This document shows positions 1 to 9,394 of a stretch of 35,237 bases of DNA, in pieces. This stretch comes from a bacterium. GTDB taxonomy: Bacteria; DYJV01; JALVYZ01. The position numbers were made by a program, and so were the translations under genes. The stretch spans positions 1 to 35,237 of the forward strand of contig JALVYZ010000238.1 of the NCBI GenBank assembly GCA_027037705.1, read 5' to 3'. Position 1 is the first letter of the stretch; every line of letters begins with the position of its first letter. Below the pieces are notes generated by a model. That model was given only the letters and a program-made list of their open reading frames with translations. It made no database searches and had not been told where the DNA came from.

Positions 1-7
1 ATATTAT

Positions 8-59
8 AGACATGACAGGGCAATATTTGCCAAAAGATTATTTACTCCCCGCCATGTCT
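8..59 (-). other. Imperfect inverted repeat / stem-loop downstream of the IPTL-CTERM gene (possible terminator or RNA-stabilising hairpin)
   Basis: Arms 8-20 and 47-59. On the minus strand AGACATGGCGGGG pairs with CCCTGTCATGTCT (13 bp, two G-U pairs). No clear U-tract is visible before the window edge. Confidence 0.4.
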
Positions 60-89
60 TTATTTAAACATGATAGCCTCTAAAAAAAT

Positions 90-1145
90 TTAAAGGTCAT
101 AACCTCTTCTTTTAAATGCAAAAATTGCAACAATTCCCATAAGGAATGTAAGTATTATTGCTCCCCATTCACTTATAGTTGGCACAGGTTGAGCTGGCAT
201 TGGGCCTATTGCTACAGCACCTCCTCCCACTCCTGGGCCTCCCTGGTCACTAATAGCACCATTCTCACTTCCATCTTCGTCATATGGCCCTCCATCTGTT
301 AAATCAAAGGTAATTACTGTCTTGTTACCTTCAGTTGTTATTGAGGTAGCTATATTTTCCCATTCGCCTGTATTTATGTTTTTCTTCCAGTAACCATTAA
401 TAGCATCGTTTTGAGGGACATATATCTTCATATGGGCAGTGCCTCCATTTTGAAGACCACTTATATCAAACTTGAACATTCCATAAGGAAATGTTACATT
501 TGAAGGTGCATCTGAAGGAGGGTCTGTTGCCTGAACATTGGTTTGTGTTAGATTATCAGTATTAGAAATTGTAACATAAGCACTTCCAGCTCCCTGAAGA
601 GATGTTACATTGCTTTGTTCCCTATCAGGTGTGCCATCACCATTTCCATCTCCTGCGCCTGAACCTGTCAGATTGGGAACATTATCTTCTGTTTCAGGAG
701 ATACTCCATCTCCATCATCTACCCAAACAAGACCAAAAAGATAAGTTGTAATCCCAGTGTCTGGATCCTGATTGAGGATATAAGAATTTCCCGGATTATT
801 AAAAAAACCAGACATCCCATTACCAATAGTTGTAGGACTAATATTATCAAAACCATATGTATTTGTACTATCATTAAGGTCATTAATGATAGAAGGTCCT
901 TTATTTATAAGAGAGAGATTGTCTACTGAAATACCAAATACCAGGGCTTCAAGATATAAAGTATTTACAAGCATTTCCACTTCAGCTGAGTTATTATCAA
1001 TTCCATAATACCAGATTTGAAAATAGTTTTGTCCCCCTACACCCTGAACAGCATAGCATCTATCTTTCATTCCTCCAGATAAAATGACTATAAAAAATAC
1101 TACGATTCCCAGAAGAAAAGATAATAGAGAATGGTTTCTTTTCAT
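90..1145 (-). CDS. Secreted/surface protein with choice-of-anchor U-like domain and C-terminal IPTL-CTERM sorting signal
   Basis: N-terminal hydrophobic signal; acidic Gly/Asp motifs GDGNGDGTPD, FPYGMF.F.ISGL, YWK, F.LTDGG..D.DG..NG.I.D.GGP; C-terminal VPTISEWG + TM helix + KRR; SD-like GGAGG upstream. Confidence 0.75.
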   Translation of the reverse strand: MKRNHSLLSFLLGIVVFFIVILSGGMKDRCYAVQGVGGQNYFQIWYYGIDNNSAEVEMLVNTLYLEALVFGISVDNLSLINKGPSIINDLNDSTNTYGFDNISPTTIGNGMSGFFNNPGNSYILNQDPDTGITTYLFGLVWVDDGDGVSPETEDNVPNLTGSGAGDGNGDGTPDREQSNVTSLQGAGSAYVTISNTDNLTQTNVQATDPPSDAPSNVTFPYGMFKFDISGLQNGGTAHMKIYVPQNDAINGYWKKNINTGEWENIATSITTEGNKTVITFDLTDGGPYDEDGSENGAISDQGGPGVGGGAVAIGPMPAQPVPTISEWGAIILTFLMGIVAIFAFKRRGYDL

Positions 1146-1310
1146 GATCCCCTCCCATGAAATAATGAATAATTCACATCTTATACACTATATTTAAGAG
1201 CTTTTAAAATAAAATAATTTTTTTTAACAAAAGAAAATACTTATGTCAAGGAGACTTATTAAAGATATGTAGCTTTATGTGTACTTAATATCAAAGAGTT
1301 AGAGGGATTA

Positions 1311-1973
1311 TTAAGATTGGGGATGAAATTTAATTTCAGCATCTGATGGTTTTAAATAGAGAGGATTTATATCTGCAGTAATCTTATTGTTAGTCAAAAA
1401 CTTTTTGTATCCTAAGATTCCATAATTATGAGCAAATAAATTTCCATTGAATACTTTATCAATTTTAAATTCTGAATGTTCATTTTTTGATATAAATAAA
1501 GAATCTTCTAAAATTACAGCAATTTTTTTCATTGGTAGATTTTCAAATTTACAAACATTATATTCTGAAATTCTTTTAAAATTTAAATTTTCCCATTTGT
1601 AAATAGCATAAAAATATTCCTTATTTCTGCCCTCAATAATTGAAAGATATTCATCTTCAAAGTAATAGTTAAATGCAAGTGCATCAAGAGAACTTATACC
1701 TATTAAAGGTTTTTTCAATGCAAAAGAAAATCCTTTTGCAATTGATAAACCAATTCTAATTCCAGTAAAAGATCCTGGACCAATACCTGAGACAAACAAA
1801 TCAATTTCTTTTATATCTATATTTGCAAAATTTAAAAGATAATCAATAATTGGTAGAATTCTTTCTGAATGTGTTTTGTCAAGATTAAAATATAACTCTC
1901 CAATTATTGTCTCATTTTCAAGTAAACAAACACTTCCAGCTTTTGTTGAGGTATCAAATGCAAGTATTTTCAT
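1311..1973 (-). CDS. tsaB: tRNA threonylcarbamoyladenosine biosynthesis protein TsaB (YeaZ)
   Basis: MKILAFDTST start, HSERILP, GPGSFTGIRIG, PLYLK.SDAE end; follows rseP. Confidence 0.93.
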   Translation of the reverse strand: MKILAFDTSTKAGSVCLLENETIIGELYFNLDKTHSERILPIIDYLLNFANIDIKEIDLFVSGIGPGSFTGIRIGLSIAKGFSFALKKPLIGISSLDALAFNYYFEDEYLSIIEGRNKEYFYAIYKWENLNFKRISEYNVCKFENLPMKKIAVILEDSLFISKNEHSEFKIDKVFNGNLFAHNYGILGYKKFLTNNKITADINPLYLKPSDAEIKFHPQS

Positions 1974-3037
1974 TAGCGATTATGTAAAATTCTCAATATA
2001 TCATTATAAAACACAAAAACCATTAACATAATTAATATGGAAAATCCTATTTTATGAATTAGCTCTAATTTATTTATATCAAATTCTTTTCCTCTGATTT
2101 TTTCAATTAATAATATTACAATTCTTCCTCCATCAAGCACAGGAAAAGGCACAAGGTTTAAAACACCAAGATTCACACTAATTACAGCCAAAAAATATAA
2201 AAAATTAAAAACTCCCTGTTTGGCGCTTTCACCTGCAATCTGTCCTATTAAAATTGGCCCTCCAAGTGAACTAAAAGGTACAATTCTCTCAATTAACTTA
2301 ATTATACTTAAAACTGTTAATTTAGTCCATCTATATGTTTCAGAAAATCCTTTAACTAACGCTTGAAATGGATTCAAATGTACTATTTTTACCTTTGATG
2401 TATCTGCAACTATTCCAATAAAATATCTTTTTTTTGTTTCTCCAAAAATATTTTTATACTCTTTAATTATTGGTTTTAATTTAAAAGTTAAAATTTTATT
2501 ATTCCTTAATACTTGAATCGTTAAAATATCTCCTTGAAAATTTTTTATAACTTTTGGAATATCATCCCAGGTTTTTATGCTTTTATTATTAATAGCTATA
2601 ATTTTATCACCTTTTTGTAGTCCAGCACTATATGCAGGCATATTTTTCTGTACTTCTCCTATATATGGTTGTAATATTGCAACTCCTTTTAAAAATACAA
2701 TTGAAAAAAATATTGCTGCAAAAATAAAATTAAATAATGGACCTCCAAGAACAATCATTATCTTTTGAAAAGTTGTTTTTTTAGGAAATGAAAATTCTTC
2801 AAGTTCTACTGGAACATCATCATCTTCTTCTCCTAATAATTTTACATAACCGCCAAATGGGATAGCTGAAATTTTATATTCAGTTTCATTTTTTTTAAAA
2901 GAAAAAAGTTTTGGACCAAAACCAAGAGAGAATTCAAGCACATAAACTCTAAAAAGTTTTGCCATTGAAAAATGTCCAAATTCATGAACAAATATTAAAA
3001 CTGCAAGAACAACTATAGTTGATATTATATAAATCAT
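1973..3037 (-). CDS. rseP: RIP metalloprotease RseP (M50, PDZ)
   Basis: HEFGH zinc motif, FSLGFGP, GGYVK, PDZ-like middle, NLVPFPVLDGG; downstream of dxr. Confidence 0.95.
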   Translation of the reverse strand: MIYIISTIVVLAVLIFVHEFGHFSMAKLFRVYVLEFSLGFGPKLFSFKKNETEYKISAIPFGGYVKLLGEEDDDVPVELEEFSFPKKTTFQKIMIVLGGPLFNFIFAAIFFSIVFLKGVAILQPYIGEVQKNMPAYSAGLQKGDKIIAINNKSIKTWDDIPKVIKNFQGDILTIQVLRNNKILTFKLKPIIKEYKNIFGETKKRYFIGIVADTSKVKIVHLNPFQALVKGFSETYRWTKLTVLSIIKLIERIVPFSSLGGPILIGQIAGESAKQGVFNFLYFLAVISVNLGVLNLVPFPVLDGGRIVILLIEKIRGKEFDINKLELIHKIGFSILIMLMVFVFYNDILRILHNR

Positions 3038-4158
3038 TTTTCTAACCTCTTTTTTATCTCCTCATTTATTATAAACACATCTTCAATTCTGTCAAATTTT
3101 TCAGGGAAATTATATTTAAATATTTTCTCAATAATTTTAAAAATATCTAAAAATTTAATCTCATTTTTTAAAAACTTATTTACTGCAATTTCATTTGCCA
3201 TATTTAAAGCAGCAGGATAACCTTTCCCTAACTTTAAAACATCATAGGCAAATTTTAAAGTTGGAAATTTCTCATAATCAGGTTCAAAAAATTCAAGGCT
3301 TTTACCTGCTAAATTTATACTTTCATTTAAAGTACTTCTTTCAGGGTAAAAAAGAGCATAACTAATTGGTATTTCCATAGAGGGTTTACCAAGTTGAGCA
3401 ATTATACTTCCGTCACTAAAACTTACCATTGAATGAACAATACTTTGAGGATGAATTAATACTTCAATATTTTCAGGTCCAATATTAAAAAGCCATTTAG
3501 CTTCAATAATTTCAAGTCCTTTATTCATTAATGTTGCAGAGTCAACTGTAATTTTTTTCCCCATTTTCCATGTTGGATGATTTAACGCATCATTAACTGT
3601 AATTTCTGAAAACTTTTCCCTTTTTAACTTAAAAAAAGGTCCACCTGAGGCTGTTAGTATTATTTTATTAACAAACTTTTTATTCTCTCCATTTAAACAT
3701 TGAAAAATAGCACTATGTTCGCTGTCAACTGGGATTATTTCAACATTTTGTTTTTTTGATTTTTCAATAATAAATTTTCCTGCAGAGACTAATGATTCTT
3801 TATTTGCAAGAGCAATTCTTTTCGAATAATCAATTGCAAGAAATGTAGGTAAAATTCCTGCAACTCCAGAAATTCCAATAACACAAATATCAACATTTTT
3901 ATAAGAACAGAAGTCTTTTATTCCATTTTTTCCACTGAATATTTTACCTTTGAAATTATCTTTTATTTTTTTTAAATTTTTTTCCTCTGAAATATACACA
4001 ATCTCTGGCGAAAATTCATTAATTTGAGACAGTAATAAATCAATATTTTTCCCAGCAAATAATCCTACTATTTTAAATTTATCTTTATATTTTCTAACAA
4101 TATTTAATGTTTGAACTCCAATAGAACCTGTTGAACCAAATATATTTAATGTTTTCAT
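3034..4158 (-). CDS. dxr: 1-deoxy-D-xylulose-5-phosphate reductoisomerase
   Basis: GSTGSIG, LANKESLV, PVDSEHSAIFQ, TASGGPF, HPTWKMGKKITVDSATLMNKGLE. Confidence 0.97.
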   Translation of the reverse strand: MKTLNIFGSTGSIGVQTLNIVRKYKDKFKIVGLFAGKNIDLLLSQINEFSPEIVYISEEKNLKKIKDNFKGKIFSGKNGIKDFCSYKNVDICVIGISGVAGILPTFLAIDYSKRIALANKESLVSAGKFIIEKSKKQNVEIIPVDSEHSAIFQCLNGENKKFVNKIILTASGGPFFKLKREKFSEITVNDALNHPTWKMGKKITVDSATLMNKGLEIIEAKWLFNIGPENIEVLIHPQSIVHSMVSFSDGSIIAQLGKPSMEIPISYALFYPERSTLNESINLAGKSLEFFEPDYEKFPTLKFAYDVLKLGKGYPAALNMANEIAVNKFLKNEIKFLDIFKIIEKIFKYNFPEKFDRIEDVFIINEEIKKRLEK

Positions 4159-4938
4159 TTAGAAACCTAATAAAATATAAAATATTGGAATAGCAAAGAA
4201 TAAACTATCTATTCTATCTAACATTCCGCCATGCCCTGGAAATATATTTCCTGAATCTTTTTTGTTATTATATCTTTTTAGAGCAGATTCAAACAAATCT
4301 CCTAAAATACAGGAAATAGAGAGAATAAAGGATATAAAAATTATTTTAAGAAATGGAAGTTTTAATACAAAAAAATTAAAAATCAAAGATACCAATAAAG
4401 AACCTATAATACCTCCAATTGCACCTTCTACTGTTTTATTTGGACTAATTTTAGGACATAACTTATTTTTACCAAATTTTGTGCCTGCAAAATAAGCAAA
4501 AGAATCTGTACTCCATGCTATCAGAAGTATAAACATTATTAAATTTTTTCCTTCTCCATTAGCAATAATTGGTATTGAAAAACATAAAAAGAAAGAAATA
4601 TACACATTTGAGATAATAAAGATTAAAATTTCATTAATATTTGAAAAAGACTTTTTAACAGAAAGAATAAATAAACAAAATGAAAAAATAAATAGTATTA
4701 TAAGGCAATAAATAACTAAATTAATTGACAAAGCAAAACTTATTACAAAGAAAATTGAAAAAAAAGAAGAATATAAAAAATATTTTAAATTGAAATTTTC
4801 AAATAAATTGAAAAATTCATAATGAGACATCAAAAGAACAGCAAAAAGCAATAAGTAGAAAAAATAGATAGGTAAAAAATAGATAATTAATATTAATAAA
4901 ATAATTCCTATTATTCCAGTTATTATCCTTTTTTGCAT
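4159..4938 (-). CDS. cdsA: Phosphatidate cytidylyltransferase
   Basis: Multi-TM protein with ISPNKTVEG, GDLFESALKR, KDSG..FPGHGGMLDRIDS. Confidence 0.96.
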   Translation of the reverse strand: MQKRIITGIIGIILLILIIYFLPIYFFYLLLFAVLLMSHYEFFNLFENFNLKYFLYSSFFSIFFVISFALSINLVIYCLIILFIFSFCLFILSVKKSFSNINEILIFIISNVYISFFLCFSIPIIANGEGKNLIMFILLIAWSTDSFAYFAGTKFGKNKLCPKISPNKTVEGAIGGIIGSLLVSLIFNFFVLKLPFLKIIFISFILSISCILGDLFESALKRYNNKKDSGNIFPGHGGMLDRIDSLFFAIPIFYILLGF

Positions 4939-5651
4939 TAATTATTAATCTGTTCTGAAATTTTACCAAATCTTCGTTCTCTTTTAGAAAAATCTTCCAA
5001 AGCTTTCTTAAATTCATTTTTATCAAAATCTGGCCAAAGAGTATCAGTAATATATAACTCTGTATATGCTATTTGCCACAAAAGAAAATTACTAATTCTA
5101 TATTCTCCACTTGTTCTTATTAATAAATCAGGATCTTTAATTCCTTTTGTATAAAGAAAGTTTGAAAAAAGCTGCTCATTTATTTTTTCTTCATCAATTT
5201 TTTCAGCAACAATACGTTTAACAGCTTGAAGAATATCAGCTCTTCCACCATAATTCAAAGCAATATTAAGCATTAAATCACTACAATTTGAGGTTATTTC
5301 CATTGAATTATTAAGTAAATTTTTAATGTCATCAGGAAATTTTGATAAATCTCCAATAAAATTTAACTTTATGTTATTTTTTTTTAATTCTTTAACTTCT
5401 TTTTTAATGTATTCTTTTAAAAGTGACATTAAAAATGATATTTCTTCTTTTGGCCTTTCCCAATTTTCTGTTGAAAATGCAAAAAGAGTTAATACTTTAA
5501 TCCCAAATTCTTTTGAAGCTTCAACTATTTCTTTAACTCTTTTCATTCCTTCTTTATGACCATAAAATCTGGGCTTATTCCTATTTTTAGCCCATCTTCC
5601 ATTGCCATCCATTATTATTGCTACATGTTCTGGTATATTTTTCATTGTCAT
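4938..5651 (-). CDS. uppS: Undecaprenyl diphosphate synthase (start may be the ATG at 5645)
   Basis: HVAIIMDGNGRWA, FAFSTENW.RP, NYGGR, DLLIRTSGE.RISNFLLWQ, RERRFG. Confidence 0.97.
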   Translation of the reverse strand: MTMKNIPEHVAIIMDGNGRWAKNRNKPRFYGHKEGMKRVKEIVEASKEFGIKVLTLFAFSTENWERPKEEISFLMSLLKEYIKKEVKELKKNNIKLNFIGDLSKFPDDIKNLLNNSMEITSNCSDLMLNIALNYGGRADILQAVKRIVAEKIDEEKINEQLFSNFLYTKGIKDPDLLIRTSGEYRISNFLLWQIAYTELYITDTLWPDFDKNEFKKALEDFSKRERRFGKISEQINN

Positions 5652-5657
5652 GTGAAT

Positions 5658-5690
5658 AAAAAAAAGGTGCTTCCAAAAGGAAGCACCTTT
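5658..5690 (-). terminator. Rho-independent terminator after the ferredoxin gene
   Basis: Perfect 12-bp inverted repeat AAAGGTGCTTCC (5663-5674) / GGAAGCACCTTT (5679-5690) with a 4-nt loop; on the minus strand the 3' arm runs into 8 U (5665-5658). Confidence 0.85.
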
Positions 5691-5703
5691 CTAAATTTTT
5701 TAA

Positions 5704-5874
5704 TTATTTTTCAATTATAGCACCAGTTGGGCATACTTCTACACAAGTTCCACATTCTGTGCATTTGTCTTGATCAATAACATATTTGTCTTCACCTTCT
5801 GAAATTGCTTCACTTGGGCATTCTTCTGCACATGTTCCACATGCTACACATTCATCTGTAATTTCATAAGCCAT
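5704..5874 (-). CDS. fdx: Clostridial-type 2x[4Fe-4S] ferredoxin, 56 aa (absent from the ORF track)
   Basis: Manual translation MAYEITDECVACGTCAEECPSEAISEGEDKYVIDQDKCTECGTCVEVCPTGAIIEK has two CxxCxxCxxxCP motifs; strong SD AAGGAGGT at 5881-5888. Confidence 0.95.
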   Translation of the reverse strand: MAYEITDECVACGTCAEECPSEAISEGEDKYVIDQDKCTECGTCVEVCPTGAIIEK

Positions 5875-5924
5875 TTTTTTACCTCCTTAAATTAATTTGT
5901 TATTCTGGGTTTTTATCCAGAATG

Positions 5925-6491
5925 TTAAATTTCCCTGATTTCTCTTTCTTTCTCTTCAAAAATCTTATCTATCTTCTCAATATATTCATCAGTTATTTCC
6001 TGAACTTTTTCTTGAGCCTTCTTTAACTCATCTTCTGTGATAACCTTATCTTTCTGCATAGATTTTAATTTATCATTCATATCTCTTCTAATATTTCTAA
6101 TTGCAATCTTTGCCTGTTCTATAATTTTTTTTGTCTGTTTTACAAGTTCATTTCTCCTCTCTTCTGTAAGAGGAGGGATATTCAATCTAATAACTTTTCC
6201 ATCATTAACAGGAGCTAATCCAATATCTGAATTAGCAATTGCTTTTTCGATTTCTTGAATAAATTTTGGTTCCCATGGTTGAATCATTATTGTTTTACTA
6301 TCAGGAATGGATAAAGAAGCAACCTGATTAATTGGAGTTAAAGTACCATAATAATTGATTTTTATCCCATCTAAGATAGCAAGAGAAGCTCTTCCTGTTC
6401 TAATCTTTCCAAGGTCTTTTTTCAAGGTTTCAATTGTCTTATCCATTCTTTTTTTATCTTCTTTTAAAACTTTATCTATTTCGGGATTCAT
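5925..6491 (-). CDS. frr: Ribosome recycling factor
   Basis: IRTGRAS, YYG..TP, IPPLTEERR, IRNIRRD; pyrH-frr synteny. Confidence 0.97.
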   Translation of the reverse strand: MNPEIDKVLKEDKKRMDKTIETLKKDLGKIRTGRASLAILDGIKINYYGTLTPINQVASLSIPDSKTIMIQPWEPKFIQEIEKAIANSDIGLAPVNDGKVIRLNIPPLTEERRNELVKQTKKIIEQAKIAIRNIRRDMNDKLKSMQKDKVITEDELKKAQEKVQEITDEYIEKIDKIFEEKEREIREI

Positions 6492-6508
6492 TTTATCCCT
6501 CCTATTTT

Positions 6509-7216
6509 TTAATGGACAATTGTGCCTATCTGTTTTCCTTCAATAATCTTTTTTAAATTCCCTTTTTCAAAAAGATTGAAAACAATTATTGGCAATTTGT
6601 TATCCTTGCATAAACTAAAAGCAGTTAAATCCATAATTTTTAAATTTTTTTCATATGCCATTGAAAAAGTTAATTCAGTAAATTTTTCTGCATCTAAAAA
6701 TTCATTTGGATCTTTATTATATATTCCATCAACATTTGTTGCTTTTAATAAAATATCTGCTTCAATTTCTATTGCCCTTAAAGCAGCTGCTGTATCTGTG
6801 GTGAAAAATGGATTACCTGTGCCACCACCAAAAATTACTATTCTCCCTTTTTCAAGGTGTCTTATTGCTCTTCTTCTAATATATGGTTCTGCAATCTGTC
6901 TCATTTCGATAGCTGTCTGAACTCTTGTATCCATTCCTGCTTTTTCAAGAGCATTTTGTAAAGCAAGACTATTTATAATAGTTGCCAGCATCCCCATATA
7001 ATCGCCTGTAGCTCTATCAACACCAAGAGTAGTGCCTTCTATTCCTCTAAAAATATTTCCACCACCAACTACTATAGCAATCTGAACACCTTTATCATGT
7101 ATATTTTTAATTTCACTACTTAAATGTGTCAATACTGAATCTTGAATACCATATCCTTGATTTCCTGATAATGCCTCACCACTTATTTTTAGAAGAATTC
7201 TTTTATATTTTGTCAT
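6509..7216 (-). CDS. pyrH: Uridylate kinase
   Basis: [42 protein letters not shown]. Confidence 0.98.
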   Translation of the reverse strand: MTKYKRILLKISGEALSGNQGYGIQDSVLTHLSSEIKNIHDKGVQIAIVVGGGNIFRGIEGTTLGVDRATGDYMGMLATIINSLALQNALEKAGMDTRVQTAIEMRQIAEPYIRRRAIRHLEKGRIVIFGGGTGNPFFTTDTAAALRAIEIEADILLKATNVDGIYNKDPNEFLDAEKFTELTFSMAYEKNLKIMDLTAFSLCKDNKLPIIVFNLFEKGNLKKIIEGKQIGTIVH

Positions 7217-7217
7217 T

Positions 7218-7820
7218 TTATTTTATTTCTTCACCTAAAACAAATCTAACAAATCTTCTAACAACAATATTTTCTCCTAATTTTGCTATTGCTTCATTAA
7301 TTAGATCTTGCACTGTTTTTTCATCATCTCTTATATATGGTTGTTCTAAAAGACAAACTTCTTTATAATATTTTTGAATTTTACCTTCAACTATTTTATC
7401 AACTATTTTTTCAGGTTTTCCACTTTCTAAAGCCTGAGCTTTATAAATTTCTTTCTCTCTTTGAAGAACATCTTCTGGGATATCTTCTCTTTTTACATAC
7501 AATGGATTTGCTGCAGCTATTTGCATTGCAATTTCATTAACTAAAGTCTTAAAGTCATCTGTTTTTGCAACAAAATCAGTTTCACAATTAACCTCTACTA
7601 AAACTCCTATCTTACCACCATGATGAATATATGATGCAATTAATCCATCTGATGCTGTTCTTGAAGCTTTTTTAGCAGCCTTTGCAATTCCTTTCTTTTT
7701 CAAAATATCAATTGCTTTTTCAATGTCACCATTTGCTTCTTGCAGTGCTTTTTTACAATCCATAAATCCTGCACCTGTCTTATCTCTTAACTCCTTAACA
7801 ACTTTTGCTGAAATTTCCAT
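7218..7820 (-). CDS. tsf: Elongation factor Ts (short, about 200-aa form)
   Basis: [41 protein letters not shown]; follows rpsB. Confidence 0.98.
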   Translation of the reverse strand: MEISAKVVKELRDKTGAGFMDCKKALQEANGDIEKAIDILKKKGIAKAAKKASRTASDGLIASYIHHGGKIGVLVEVNCETDFVAKTDDFKTLVNEIAMQIAAANPLYVKREDIPEDVLQREKEIYKAQALESGKPEKIVDKIVEGKIQKYYKEVCLLEQPYIRDDEKTVQDLINEAIAKLGENIVVRRFVRFVLGEEIK

Positions 7821-7843
7821 TTATCTTAATCCTCCTTTCATTT

Positions 7844-8647
7844 TTAGTTTGCAACTTCTGTTTGATCCATTTCAACTGAATCTTTTTGTTCTTCTTGAGT
7901 TTCTTCCATAAATTCAACATCAACATCTGCTTCTTTGTCAGAATCTGCTGCAACTGTTTCTTTATACATTTCCATTCCTTCAATACATGCATCAGCTATT
8001 TTTGAACAATATAGTTTAATAGCTCTAATAGCATCATCATTTCCTGGAATAGGATAATCAATTTCTTCTGGATTACAATTTGTATCAACAACTGCTACAA
8101 TAGGGATTTCTAACTTTCTGGCTTCTTGAACTGCAAGATGTTCTCTTTTAGTATCAATTATAAATAATGCTCCAGGTAGATCTTCCATTTCTTTTATTCC
8201 ACCAATTAATGCTTCTAATTTTTTCATCTTCTTTTCAAGTTTTAATGCTTCTTTTTTTGGTAATAAATCAAAAATACCTTCTTCTTTCATTTGTTCAAAC
8301 TTTTTCAATTTATCAATTGACTTTTTAATAGTCTGGAAATTTGTTAATGTTCCGCCAAGCCATCTTTTATTAACATAAAACATCCCACATCTTTGAGCTT
8401 CTTCTTTCACTGCTTCCTGAGCTTGCTTTTTAGTACCAACAAAAATTATTTTTTTTCCTTTTCCAGCAATTTCATCTCTTACAAAATCACAGGCTTGTTT
8501 GAAAAGTTTTACAGTTTGTTGAAGGTCAATGATATAGATTCCATTACGAGCTGTATAAATATACTTCTTCATTCTTGGGTCCCATCTTCTTGTCTGATGA
8601 CCAAAATGGACCCCTGCTTCTAACAGTTCTTTCATAGTTATAGACAT
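7844..8647 (-). CDS. rpsB: 30S ribosomal protein S2
   Basis: [31 protein letters not shown]; acidic C-terminal tail; SD GAGGAGGAG. Confidence 0.99.
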   Translation of the reverse strand: MSITMKELLEAGVHFGHQTRRWDPRMKKYIYTARNGIYIIDLQQTVKLFKQACDFVRDEIAGKGKKIIFVGTKKQAQEAVKEEAQRCGMFYVNKRWLGGTLTNFQTIKKSIDKLKKFEQMKEEGIFDLLPKKEALKLEKKMKKLEALIGGIKEMEDLPGALFIIDTKREHLAVQEARKLEIPIVAVVDTNCNPEEIDYPIPGNDDAIRAIKLYCSKIADACIEGMEMYKETVAADSDKEADVDVEFMEETQEEQKDSVEMDQTEVAN

Positions 8648-8674
8648 AATTCTCCTCCTCTAAGGTTTTTTCCA

Positions 8675-8735
8675 CCGCTTCAAGCTTTCTTATACCTTAA
8701 TAATAAGGCACCTTCGAAAGCTATAAAAGAAGCGG
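8675..8735 (-). promoter_or_regulatory. Structured 5' leader of rpsB (putative S2 autoregulatory element)
   Basis: Three nested stems: 8675-8681/8729-8735, 8683-8689/8716-8722 and 8692-8699/8704-8711. The inner stem has G-U pairs that form only on the minus strand. An extended -10-like TGTTATGCT lies at 8762-8770. Confidence 0.6.
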
Positions 8736-8770
8736 CTGAATTTAAAATTTTACCTGCCTTTAGCATAACA

Positions 8771-9394
8771 TTATCTATTTTGCAAGTGTTTTAAAATTTC
8801 TGAATGTTTATTAATTTTCGGACAATTATTGAAACTTTTTTTATATCCTATAAATGGTATTTTAGCTTCTTTGCTCGCAATATAATCTATTTCAGCATCA
8901 CCTACATATAAAGCCTCAAACGGTTTTAAATTATTTCTATTTAATAGATATAAGAGCATATCTGGAGCAGGTTTAGGATTTTTAATTATTGATACAGTTG
9001 CATAATCATCAATTACTTTATCTAAATTAAAATATTTAAATAAATGAGGGAAAGTTTTACTTCTATTTGTAGCTATTGCAATTTTAATCCCGTATGATTT
9101 TAATAAGTTACAAGTCTCAAAAAATTCAGGTTCCATTGTCATATATTTATAAAATTGTGAATAATCTACACTTTTTGAAAATTCAATAGCTTTTTTTGCA
9201 ATATCTTTATCTTCAAAAAGGTTTAATATAACATTATCATTTGAATATGTATGTATAATCAAAAGTTTTTCTTTATCATTTTCATTAACTGGTGGATATC
9301 CAAAATGTTTTAATATATAATTGTAATATTCAAGATTTGCTTTCTTGGAGTCAAATATAACTCCATCACAATCATATATTACCATTTTTACCAT
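8771..9394 (-). CDS. HAD-superfamily hydrolase (phosphoglycolate phosphatase-like)
   Basis: Motif I DCDGV, motif II ATN, motifs III/IV KPAPD and GDAEID. Confidence 0.88.
   Translation of the reverse strand: MVKMVIYDCDGVIFDSKKANLEYYNYILKHFGYPPVNENDKEKLLIIHTYSNDNVILNLFEDKDIAKKAIEFSKSVDYSQFYKYMTMEPEFFETCNLLKSYGIKIAIATNRSKTFPHLFKYFNLDKVIDDYATVSIIKNPKPAPDMLLYLLNRNNLKPFEALYVGDAEIDYIASKEAKIPFIGYKKSFNNCPKINKHSEILKHLQNR

Noticed and set aside
5902-5923. Small hairpin ATTCTGG...CCAGAAT between frr and fdx as a terminator
   Set aside because: Only a 7-bp stem on the transcribed strand and no U-tract; at most a processing or stability element.
7218-7820. EF-Ts as a truncated pseudogene
   Set aside because: The short form of about 200 aa is a known functional class, and the N- and C-terminal motifs are intact.
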